Part shown: in pieces, positions 54,281-64,000 of the stretch
Layout of the letters: each line of letters opens with the position of its first letter
Position numbering within the stretch: the stretch's first letter is position 1
Assembly: GCA_963848295.1 (NCBI GenBank)
Contig: CAWKDB010000010.1
Span: 4,416,001 to 4,480,000 of the forward strand
Source of the DNA: an uncultured delta proteobacterium
GTDB taxonomy: Bacteria > Myxococcota_A > Polyangia > Haliangiales > Haliangiaceae
Direction: 5' to 3'
Length of the DNA stretch: 64,000 nt
Program-made: the position numbers and the translations under genes
The notes under the pieces: model-generated
What the model saw: the letters and a program-made list of their open reading frames with translations, nothing else
Told to the model about the DNA's origin: nothing
The model's database searches: none

Positions 54281-55141
54281 CTACTCGATGATCGAGATCA
54301 GCGAGTTGACGCCGGCGCCGGCGAACGAGATGCCCTGGTTCGTATCGGGGTCGGTGAACGTCGCGAACGGCTGGCCGACGCCGGTCGTCGGATCGATCTT
54401 GACGACGTGACCGGTCCCGTCGTGGGTGAAGCCGATGACGCCACCCGCGGCGAACGACGTGCCGAACAGCTTCGGGTAGCCGGTCGCGCCGACCATCGTG
54501 ACGCCGCCGGTCGCGAGGTCGACCTTGACCAGCACGTTGCTGTTTTGCGTGCCTTGGCCGCTGCCGTCGTTGAGGTTGTACGCGGTGCCGAAGATCGTGC
54601 CGTCGTCGATCGCGACGAGGTCGCCGGTCAGCGCCATGTTGTTCTGCATCTTGACCGGCGTCATCACGGTCGGCGGCGAGGTCGACACGTCGATCTGGCA
54701 CAGCGACCCCATGAAGTCACCGGTCCAGATCTGACCGCTCGGCGTCGTGGTGAGCGCGACCGCCTGAGTGCCGCATGCCGTGACGCTACCGATCGAGGTG
54801 ACGTGACCGTCGGTCGCCGACGCGGTGTACAGCCCCTGCTCCGAGATCACGTAGATCGTGTTGTCCGGTGCGACCGCCAGATCGGTGATCGCGTAGCCAC
54901 CGGGCGTGTTGAACTTGCCGACCGTCGTCAGCGTCTTCGCCTCGAGATCGACGACGTAGAGCGTGTCGTCGCTGTGCGCGTAGACCGAGTAGCAATTTGC
55001 GAGCCCGCCGCAGCCATTCTGGCCGCTGTCTCCGGTGTTACCCGGGGCATCGACGTTGTCGCTACCGCCGCCTCCGCGGCCACCCGGTCCGCACGCCGCC
55101 GCCGCTAACAAGAGCAGGATGATCGCGCGTTGGTCCCTCAT
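54281..55141 (-). CDS. Hypothetical lipoprotein, probable beta-propeller
   Basis: AAAC lipobox; repeated ITDLAV..D..IY and VKVDLATG blades. Confidence 0.7.
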   Translation of the reverse strand: MRDQRAIILLLLAAAACGPGGRGGGGSDNVDAPGNTGDSGQNGCGGLANCYSVYAHSDDTLYVVDLEAKTLTTVGKFNTPGGYAITDLAVAPDNTIYVISEQGLYTASATDGHVTSIGSVTACGTQAVALTTTPSGQIWTGDFMGSLCQIDVSTSPPTVMTPVKMQNNMALTGDLVAIDDGTIFGTAYNLNDGSGQGTQNSNVLVKVDLATGGVTMVGATGYPKLFGTSFAAGGVIGFTHDGTGHVVKIDPTTGVGQPFATFTDPDTNQGISFAGAGVNSLISIIE

Positions 55142-55212
55142 CGCCGGCGGACGATACTCCGTTCGCGTTCGCTCGGGCGCTGGCAACGGCTGACAGGTGT
55201 AGGATGCGCACG

Positions 55213-56592
<1,380 letters not shown>

Positions 56593-56682
56593 CGAAGGGC
56601 CGCCCCGCGGGCGGACCTCCTGCGAATCCCGCCGATTTCGGACATGGTTGACCGACCATCGTCGTCGACATAAGGTGCCAGC

Positions 56683-57660
56683 GTGAAGCTCGCGACCCTG
56701 CGCGATGGCACCCGAGATGGCCGCTTGCTCGTCGTTCGCAAGGATGGCCAAGCCGGGGCGCCGTCGCCGGACGCGTGGCCGACGCTGCAGCGCGCACTCG
56801 ACGATTGGGACGCCGCCGAGCCGCAGCTGCGCGCGATCGCCCGACAGCTCGATCGCGACGGGCTCGCTGGAATGCCGATCGACGCGACGCGGCTCGCCGC
56901 GCCTTTGCCGCGCGCGTACGAGTGGGTCGATGGCTCGGCGTTTCTCAACCACGTGATCCTCGTGCGCAAGGCGCGCAATGCCGAGCCGCCGCCGACGTTG
57001 CAGACCGATCCGCTGATCTACCAAGGCGGCTCGGGCGACATGCTCGGCCCGCGCGATGCGATCGAGCTGCGCGATCCGGCGTGGGGCCTCGACTTCGAGG
57101 CCGAGGTCGTCGTCGTGCTCGGCGATACGCCCCTGGGCACGACCGCGGCGGACGCGGGGCGCTACGTCCGGCTCGTGATGCTCGTCAACGACATCACGTT
57201 GCGCTCGCTCGTGCCCGACGAGCTCGCGAAGAGCTTCGGGTTCTTTCAGAGCAAGCCGGCGAGCGCGTTCTCGCCGTTCGCGATCACGCCGGACGAGCTC
57301 GGCGCCGCGTGGCAGAACGGGCGCGCGCATATTCGCGTCCAGTCGACGTACAACGGCAAGCTCGTCGGCGACTGCGACGCCGGGCCGGAGATGCACTTCT
57401 CGTTCTTCGAGCTGATCGCGCACATCGCGAAGACGCGGCGGTTCACCGCCGGCACGATCCTCGGCAGCGGCACGGTGTCGAATGCGGATCGCGCGCGCGG
57501 CATCTCGTGTCTCGCCGAAGCGCGGATGATCGAGACGATCGAGCACGGCAAGCCGAAGACCCCGTTCATGGCGGTCGGCGATCGCATCGAGATCGAAGCG
57601 GTCGCGAACGGGGTCAGCCTGTTCGGCCGGATCGATCAACGGGTCGTAGGTGCGACGTGA
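56683..57660 (+). CDS. Fumarylacetoacetate hydrolase family protein
   Basis: MKLATLRDGTRDG, DFEAE, NDITLR, QSKP and GSGTVSN; first gene of the Tyr catabolism operon. Confidence 0.9.
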   Translation: MKLATLRDGTRDGRLLVVRKDGQAGAPSPDAWPTLQRALDDWDAAEPQLRAIARQLDRDGLAGMPIDATRLAAPLPRAYEWVDGSAFLNHVILVRKARNAEPPPTLQTDPLIYQGGSGDMLGPRDAIELRDPAWGLDFEAEVVVVLGDTPLGTTAADAGRYVRLVMLVNDITLRSLVPDELAKSFGFFQSKPASAFSPFAITPDELGAAWQNGRAHIRVQSTYNGKLVGDCDAGPEMHFSFFELIAHIAKTRRFTAGTILGSGTVSNADRARGISCLAEARMIETIEHGKPKTPFMAVGDRIEIEAVANGVSLFGRIDQRVVGAT

Positions 57661-58301
57661 AGCTGGTGTTGCATAGCTACTGGCGCAGCTCGGCGAGTCA
57701 GCGCGTGCGGATCGGGCTCGGGCTCAAAGGTCTCGCCTACGATTACGTCGCGGTCCACATCGTCCATCGCCAGCAGTTTGCCGATGCATACACCGCGCGC
57801 AACCCGATGGCGCAGGTCCCGACGCTCGAGGTCACCGAGGATGACGGCACGGTGCATGCGCTCGTCCAGTCGCTGCCGATCCTCGAGTTTCTCGACGAGC
57901 GGTTCCCGCAATCGCCGCTGTTGCCGGCCGATCGCTTCGCGCGCGCGCGGGCTCGCGCGCTCGCCGAGCTGATCAACTCCGGCATCCAGCCGATGCAGAA
58001 TCTCTCGACCACGAAGCGGATCAAAGAGCTCGGCGCCGACGATCAAGCGTGGGTCCGTCCGTTCATCGCGAGCGGTCTCGCCGCGTATCAACGGCTCGCT
58101 GCGGATTCGGCCGGCGCGTTCAGCGTCGGAGACTCGCCGACGATCGCCGACTGCTGCCTCGTGCCGCAGCTCGCATCGGCGCGACGGTTCGCCGTCTCGC
58201 TCGAGCCGTTCGCGGCGCTCACCGCGATCGAAGCACGTTGCCTCGCGCTGCCGGCATTCGCCGCGGCGCAACCGGACCGCCAACCCGACGCGCAGAAGTA
58301 G
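57657..58301 (+). CDS. maiA: Maleylacetoacetate isomerase (zeta GST)
   Basis: YWRSSASQRVRI, NPMAQVP, SGIQPMQN and QPD motifs. Confidence 0.92.
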   Translation: MKLVLHSYWRSSASQRVRIGLGLKGLAYDYVAVHIVHRQQFADAYTARNPMAQVPTLEVTEDDGTVHALVQSLPILEFLDERFPQSPLLPADRFARARARALAELINSGIQPMQNLSTTKRIKELGADDQAWVRPFIASGLAAYQRLAADSAGAFSVGDSPTIADCCLVPQLASARRFAVSLEPFAALTAIEARCLALPAFAAAQPDRQPDAQK

Positions 58302-58310
58302 AGAACCACT

Positions 58311-59456
58311 ATGGCCAAGCCGTCATCGCTCGGAATCAAGCGTCTGGAGGGCATCCACTACTACGTTCGCAATCTCGAGCGGTCGCGAAAGTTCTATACG
58401 GGCATGCTCGACTTCGCCGAGAGCTGGCGCAGCTCGCCCGAGACCGACGAGGCGGGCCGCCAGCAATCCGCGTGCTTCGAAGCGGGCAACGTCAAGATCG
58501 TGTGCAGCCAGCCGGCGGGCGAGGGCGGTCGCGCCGCGCGCTTCCTGTCGAAACATCCGGACGGCGTCGGCACGCTGATCTTCGAAGTCGAAGACGTCGA
58601 CCGCACGTTCAAGCTCCTCGAAGAGCGCGGTGGCACGCCGATCGATGACATCGTCGTGTCCAAGTCCGATACCGGCACGCTGAAGATGTTCTCGATCGCG
58701 ACGCCGTTCGGCGATTGCACGTTCCGGTTCCGCCAGCACATCGGCACGCCGCCGCTGTTCCCCGGGGCGGTGCCGCACCAGGGCGGCGGCCGCAACCGCT
58801 TCGGCTTCGGGGAGATCGATCACATCACGGCGAACTTCCAGACCATGAAGCCGATGCTGCTGTGGATGGAGCACGTGATGGCGTTCGAGCAGATGTGGGA
58901 AGTGAAGTTCCACACGCAGGACGTCGATCCGACGAAGAAGACCGGCTCGGGCCTCAAGTCGATCGTCGTCTGGGATCCGATCTCCGGCGTGAAGTTCGCG
59001 AACAACGAGCCCCAGCGGCCGTTCTTCAAGAGCTCGCAGATCAACATCTTCAACGAGGAGCTGCGAGGCGACGGCGTGCAACACGTCGCGATGACCGTGC
59101 GCGACATCCTCGGCGCCGTGCGCGACCTGCGCGCCAACGGGGTCAGCTTCATGCCGACGCCGGGCACGTACTACGACATGCTGCCCGAGCGGATCGCGAA
59201 GAGCGGTGTAGACACGATCGACGAGAACATCGACGAGCTGCGCGAGCTCGAGGTGTTGATCGACGGCGATCACCATCACGAGTACATGCTGCAGATCTTC
59301 TTGAAGGAGTCGTCGGGCCTGTACAACGATCCCTCGGCCGGCCCGTTCTTCTACGAGATCATCCAGCGCAAGGGCGGCGAGAGCTTCGGCGCCGGCAATT
59401 TCCGCGCGCTGTTCGAGAGCATCGAGCGCGATCAGCGCGAGCGCGGGCTGGTGTGA
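58311..59456 (+). CDS. hppD: 4-hydroxyphenylpyruvate dioxygenase
   Basis: IDHI, GVQHVA, LQIF and [24 protein letters not shown]. Confidence 0.93.
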   Translation: MAKPSSLGIKRLEGIHYYVRNLERSRKFYTGMLDFAESWRSSPETDEAGRQQSACFEAGNVKIVCSQPAGEGGRAARFLSKHPDGVGTLIFEVEDVDRTFKLLEERGGTPIDDIVVSKSDTGTLKMFSIATPFGDCTFRFRQHIGTPPLFPGAVPHQGGGRNRFGFGEIDHITANFQTMKPMLLWMEHVMAFEQMWEVKFHTQDVDPTKKTGSGLKSIVVWDPISGVKFANNEPQRPFFKSSQINIFNEELRGDGVQHVAMTVRDILGAVRDLRANGVSFMPTPGTYYDMLPERIAKSGVDTIDENIDELRELEVLIDGDHHHEYMLQIFLKESSGLYNDPSAGPFFYEIIQRKGGESFGAGNFRALFESIERDQRERGLV

Positions 59457-60733
59457 GCTACCAGAGCGGGTTCGGCAACGAGCACGCGACCGAGGCGATC
59501 GCGGGTGCGTTACCGGTCGGGAGAAACTCGCCGCAGACCGTGCCGTTCGGGCTCTACGCCGAGCAGCTCTCGGGCTCCGCGTTCACCGCACCGCGCGCGC
59601 ACAATCGCCGGACCTGGGTCTATCGCATGCGGCCGAGCGCCGCCCATCCGCCGTTCGAGCCGATCGCGGCGGGCCACCTGCGCAGCGGACCGTTCGACGA
59701 AGCGCCGGCGACGCCGAATCGCCTGCGCTGGAGCCCACAGCCGGTGCCGGCGACACCGACGACCTTCGTCGACGGCCTGTTCACGCTCGGCGGCAACGGC
59801 TCGCCCGCGCTCGGCGCCGGCACCGCGATCCACGTCTACGCCGCGAATCGCTCGATGGTCGATACCGCGTTCGCCAACTCCGATGGCGAGCTCTTGATCG
59901 TGCCGCAGCTCGGCCGGCTGCGGATCGTCACCGAGCTCGGCGTGCTCGAGCTCACGCCGGGCGAGGTCGCGTCGATCCCGCGCGGCATGCGGATGCGCGT
60001 CGAGCTCGTCGACCAGGAAGCTCGCGGCTACGCCGGCGAGAACTACGGCGCGCCGTTCCGCTTGCCCGAGCTCGGCCCGATCGGCTCGAACGGCCTGGCG
60101 AACCCGCGTGATTTTCTCGCGCCGGTCGCCGCATTCGAAGACGTCGAGCGGCCGACGACGCTGGTCCAGAAGTTCCAGGGCGGGCTGTGGCAAACGACGC
60201 TCGATCACTCGCCGTTCGATGTCGTCGCGTGGCACGGCAACTACACGCCGTACAAGTACGACCTCGCGCGGTTCAACGCGATCAACACGGTCAGCTTCGA
60301 TCATCCCGATCCGTCGATCTTCACGGTGCTGACGTCGCCGAGCGACACGCCGGGCGTCGCGAACTGCGACTTCGTGATCTTCCCGCCGCGCTGGATGGTC
60401 GCCGAGGGCACGTTTCGCCCGCCGTGGTTCCACCGCAACGTGATGAGCGAGCTGATGGGCCTCGTGCACGGAGCGTATGACGCGAAAGCGGAAGGCTTCT
60501 TGCCGGGCGGCGCGTCGCTGCACAACTGCATGAACGCGCACGGTCCGGATCGCGCGAGCTACGACAAGGCGATCGCCGCCGACCTCGCGCCGTACAAGCT
60601 GACCGACACGCTCGCGTTCATGTTCGAGACTCGCTGGGTGATCGCGCCGACCAAGGCCGCGCTTGCCTCGCCGACGCTGCAGCTCGACTACGACGCCGCG
60701 TGGGCGAGCTTCGTCAAGGCGAAGCTGCCGTAG
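59453..60733 (+). CDS. hmgA: Homogentisate 1,2-dioxygenase
   Basis: [41 protein letters not shown] and HGPD. Confidence 0.96.
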   Translation: MSYQSGFGNEHATEAIAGALPVGRNSPQTVPFGLYAEQLSGSAFTAPRAHNRRTWVYRMRPSAAHPPFEPIAAGHLRSGPFDEAPATPNRLRWSPQPVPATPTTFVDGLFTLGGNGSPALGAGTAIHVYAANRSMVDTAFANSDGELLIVPQLGRLRIVTELGVLELTPGEVASIPRGMRMRVELVDQEARGYAGENYGAPFRLPELGPIGSNGLANPRDFLAPVAAFEDVERPTTLVQKFQGGLWQTTLDHSPFDVVAWHGNYTPYKYDLARFNAINTVSFDHPDPSIFTVLTSPSDTPGVANCDFVIFPPRWMVAEGTFRPPWFHRNVMSELMGLVHGAYDAKAEGFLPGGASLHNCMNAHGPDRASYDKAIAADLAPYKLTDTLAFMFETRWVIAPTKAALASPTLQLDYDAAWASFVKAKLP

Positions 60734-60755
60734 CCTGCTAAATTAGCTTGGAGCC

Positions 60756-61378
60756 ATGGCGCTACCGAGCGCGCGCGAGCGTGAGACGGCGTTCTGGCAA
60801 GGCGTCGCCGAGAGCGGGAGGTTCTTCATGGGCGAATCCGACGTCCACCGCGCCCTGACCAAGCTGGTCGCGACGCTCGACGCGCATGCGATCCCCTACG
60901 CGATCGTCGACGCGATGGCGCTGAACGAGTACGGCTATCGCAGAGTCACGGCCGGTGTAGATGTTCTGTTGACTCGCGAAGGTCTCGCACAGCTCAAGTC
61001 GGCAGTGCTAGGCCGCGGTTACGTGGAGAAGTTCCCCGGCAGCAAAGGGCTGCGCGACCCCGAGTACAACGTCGCGATCGACATCGTGCTCGCCGGGGAT
61101 TTTCCCGGCGATGGCAAACCAAAGCCGGTGCGATTCCCGGATCCCGCGATCGCCGCGATTCCGGGGCACGCGGCGCGTTCCTGCCGATCGCTCGGCTGAT
61201 CGAGCTCAAGCTCGCCTCTGGCACGAGCGCACCCCATCGCCTCAAGGATCTCGCCGACGTCCTCGAGCTCATTCGCGCGGCGAAGCTCGACGCCGATCTA
61301 GGCGATGAGCTCGATCCTTCGGTGCGCGGCAAGTTCGACGAGCTCTGGCAAGCGGCGCAGATCCAAGATCCCGAGTGA
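60756..61378 (+). pseudogene. Nucleotidyltransferase-superfamily protein, frameshift near 61165 (pseudogene or sequence error)
   Basis: IPYAIVDAMALNEYGYRRVTAGVDVLL...PGDGKPKPVRFPDP, then in another frame LIELKLASG..APHRLKDLADVLELIR ending at TGA 61376-61378. Confidence 0.65.
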
Positions 61379-61402
61379 ACCGGCCGTCGCGGCCGAACTT
61401 CG

Positions 61403-61930
61403 TCATGGCGACGCTGTCGTGGTCTTCGCGCGCAGGATCACGTCGCCGGGATCATATGAACCCAGCGGTCGCGCCAGCTCGGCTTGCCGGGTGAAGCCGA
61501 GCGCTTCGAGCAGCGCGAGCGACGGCGAGTTGCCCGGCTGGACCGCGGCCCATAGCTCCACGACGCCACGCGATCGCAGCTCCGCGATCAACCATCGCAC
61601 CGCCTCGCGCCCGTAACCGCGGCGCTGGTACGTAGGGCCGATCAAGTATGCGAGCTCGGCCCACGCCCCGTACATCGAGGCCTCGAGCCTGCCGACGATC
61701 GCGCCGTCGTCGCTGCGCCGGATCGCTGCGTTCAACCAGATCTCGTCAGAGTTGGCTGGTCCGCGAGCGAGCCGGTCGATCCGCGCGTGCACCGCCTCGA
61801 GCGTAGTGACGTCGGGTGCACTCAGGTACTGCGCGACCTCCGGGTGGTCGAGCGCGGCGAATAAGCCCTCGGCATGCTCGTGGCCGAGCGGCTCGATCGT
61901 GAGGCGATCGGTGTTCCCGCGAAGCGTCAC
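61403..61930 (-). CDS. GNAT (RimJ/RimL-like) N-acetyltransferase
   Basis: TDRLTIEP, YQRRGYGREAV and NSPSLALLEALGF. Confidence 0.88.
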   Translation of the reverse strand: MTLRGNTDRLTIEPLGHEHAEGLFAALDHPEVAQYLSAPDVTTLEAVHARIDRLARGPANSDEIWLNAAIRRSDDGAIVGRLEASMYGAWAELAYLIGPTYQRRGYGREAVRWLIAELRSRGVVELWAAVQPGNSPSLALLEALGFTRQAELARPLGSYDPGDVILRAKTTTASP

Positions 61931-62503
61931 GGGGAGATCGTAGCGCGTACCGCAGCGGATCGATCGCTTAGCTTGATCGTACGCGTCTCATGATTCGTCA
62001 TCGTCGATGTGACGCGCACTCTCACGTTAGACGGTGCCGAGCCTGTTGGTGGGCTGTTCGTTTGTGACCGACCGCGCTCGAAGAGTCCGCCGCGCCCGGT
62101 CGCTCACAATCCGAACAGCCCCTGACGCCACGATGGTTGGTTCCATGGATCGATTTGAATGATCGACGAATGGAAGACGACGCTCCGTCCCTTCTCCCCG
62201 AAAACCCGAAAAATCTTGGTGGCAGAGCCTGTGGCGCGATGTGGACGGGTGCGCCGCTACCTCGGTCGGCTCGCGGTCATCGCGATCGATCGCGGCGCAG
62301 CCGTCCAAGTGAGCGAGGTCAGCCGCGGACGGTCGATGGCGAGGACCTCGATCGGCGGCGCGAGCGGCTGTCCGCGCGAACGGCATCGTCCACAGGCCGG
62401 CCCTGCTGTCCGCGGCAGCCCGATCAGTGTGTTCGCGGTGCCCTCCGCGCTAGCCACGCGATAGACGTGCACGCTGACGATCGAGCGGCCAATTCGCGGG
62501 TCG

Positions 62504-63061
62504 TTAGCCGCGGCGCGGGAACCGCGCGCAGAACTCGACCATCGCCGCGCCGAACCGCTGGACCAACACGCGGGTCGACTCGTCGGTCAGCCGGCCCCCG
62601 GCGTCGAACCGCTCGTGCGCGCGCGGCACGAGCACCTCGGGCTGGTTGAGGCACGGCGAGTCGCTGTACACGAGCATCTGTCGGAGGTGGAGCTGCGCGC
62701 GGATCGTGCCGCTCATCCCGCTCGCCGCGCCGACCAGCCCGATCGGCTTGCCGCGCATCGGGGAGGTCGCCGGTGGACGCGAGACCCAATCGAGCGCGTT
62801 CTTTAGGCCGCCCGGGATGCTGTAGTTGTACTCGGGCACCGCGATCACGACGCCGTCCGACGCGGCGATCGCGGCCTTGAGCGCGACGACCGGCTCGGGG
62901 TCCTCGAGATCGCTGTTGAAGATCGGGAACGCGCCGATGCCGTCGAACAGGATCATCTCCGCGCCATCGGGTAACAGCTCGCTGACCGTGCGCAGCAACG
63001 CGCGGTTATGCGATGCCTTGCGCATGCTGCCGCAGATGCCAAGGAGGGTCATCGAAGGCAT
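62504..63061 (-). CDS. NADPH-dependent FMN reductase (ChrR/SsuE-like; alternative start 63052)
   Basis: [29 protein letters not shown] and [11 protein letters not shown]. Confidence 0.92.
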   Translation of the reverse strand: MPSMTLLGICGSMRKASHNRALLRTVSELLPDGAEMILFDGIGAFPIFNSDLEDPEPVVALKAAIAASDGVVIAVPEYNYSIPGGLKNALDWVSRPPATSPMRGKPIGLVGAASGMSGTIRAQLHLRQMLVYSDSPCLNQPEVLVPRAHERFDAGGRLTDESTRVLVQRFGAAMVEFCARFPRRG

Positions 63062-63104
63062 ATCCAACCGTAACCCTTTGCCGCCCGGCACGTATACTGC
63101 GCGT

Positions 63105-63755
63105 ATGTTTGGAACCGCCAAGAAGCTCCGCATGCCCACGCCGGGTGACGCGCTCCCCGGTCGGGCCACACCGATGCGCGTCGGCGAGACGCACTTCGTC
63201 AACGGCCACCGGATCGTGCCGCCGTTCCCCGCGGGCATGGAGCTCGCGCAGTTCGGCATGGGTTGCTTCTGGGGCGCCGAGCGCAAGTTCTGGCAGACCC
63301 CCGGCGTGTACTCGACCGCGGTCGGCTACGCGGGCGGCCTGACGCCGAATCCGACGTACGAGGAGGTCTGCTCGGGCGGCACCGGTCACACCGAGGTCGT
63401 GCTCGTGGTGTTCGACCCCGCGAAGGTTTCGTACGATCAGCTGCTCAAGGTGTTCTGGGAGAACCACGATCCGACCCAGGGCATGCAACAGGGCAACGAC
63501 CTGGGCACGCAATACCGCTCGGCGATCTACGCGTACGGTGAGGCGCAGCTCGCGTCGGCGCAGGCGTCGCGCGCGCTGTTCCAGGACCAGCTGCGCAAGG
63601 CCGGCCACGGCGAGATCACGACCGAGATCCGCGTGGCGCCCGAGCTGTACTACGCCGAGGACTATCACCAGCAGTATCTCGGCAAGAACCCGAACGGCTA
63701 CTGCGGGCTCGGCGGTACCGGCGTCAGTTGCCCGATTGGCCTCGGCGCTCGCTGA
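63105..63755 (+). CDS. msrA: Peptide-methionine (S)-S-oxide reductase
   Basis: [22 protein letters not shown] and [15 protein letters not shown]. Confidence 0.96.
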   Translation: MFGTAKKLRMPTPGDALPGRATPMRVGETHFVNGHRIVPPFPAGMELAQFGMGCFWGAERKFWQTPGVYSTAVGYAGGLTPNPTYEEVCSGGTGHTEVVLVVFDPAKVSYDQLLKVFWENHDPTQGMQQGNDLGTQYRSAIYAYGEAQLASAQASRALFQDQLRKAGHGEITTEIRVAPELYYAEDYHQQYLGKNPNGYCGLGGTGVSCPIGLGAR

Positions 63756-63937
63756 TCCGGTAGACCGACCTCCCGTGCGAGCATTCGTCGTCGTGACGCT
63801 CGCGGCTCCGATGATGGGCGACCGCGACGACGTCCGGATCTATTCCGGGCTCTGACCCAGGCGGATGTGACGCAACTAGTCAACGCGCCCTAAAACGCCT
63901 CGCCCGACTGTTACAACTTCGTGATAGGACCGCGCGC

Positions 63938-64000
63938 ATGGTGCGCGCAACTGTCCTCGGGCTCCTCGCGATCGGTCTGATCGCCTGTAACCATCACGCC
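63938..64000 (+). CDS. N-terminus of a putative lipoprotein (truncated by window end)
   Basis: MVRATVLGLLAIGLIACNHHA with LIAC lipobox. Confidence 0.5.
   Translation, partial: MVRATVLGLLAIGLIACNHHA

Noticed and set aside
51615..55108. Long alternative-frame ORFs (876 aa and 952 aa) over metH
   Set aside because: Typical high-GC shadow or antisense ORFs with Arg/Ala-rich composition and no motifs.

Overview
High-GC window that looks like Myxococcota (Haliangiales/Kofleriaceae-like), inferred from gene content, MYXO-CTERM-like tails and Cys-rich lipoproteins. Bases 1-10.75 kb hold an alternative complex III (actB end, actC, fused actD-actE, actF), an SCO protein and an A2-type caa3 cytochrome c oxidase (coxBACD). 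This operon carries more than 20 apparent single-base frameshifts that are probably sequencing errors. The rest is mostly intact housekeeping and accessory genes: amidase, M28/S8/M49/S9 peptidases, a TerB-like/PPP-phosphatase fusion, tandem BNR beta-propeller paralogs, tyrA, a TetR/Coq4-like divergent pair, a giant poly-HAMP hybrid kinase with a second hybrid kinase, acyl-CoA dehydrogenase, ycaQ, mscS, panB, metH, cbs, the FAH-maiA-hppD-hmgA tyrosine catabolism operon and msrA. Best observations: (1) a 75-aa Rdx/SelW-like selenoprotein (CxxU, in-frame TGA plus SECIS-like hairpin) absent from the ORF track; (2) a ~200-aa 8-Cys domain inserted in oxidase subunit III; (3) three tandem TetR operator palindromes beside a Coq4-like gene; (4) pervasive TAnnnT boxes 6-7 nt before start codons, suggesting leaderless transcription; (5) a candidate pan RNA motif upstream of panB. 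No CRISPR array, tRNA, rRNA or mobile element was seen.
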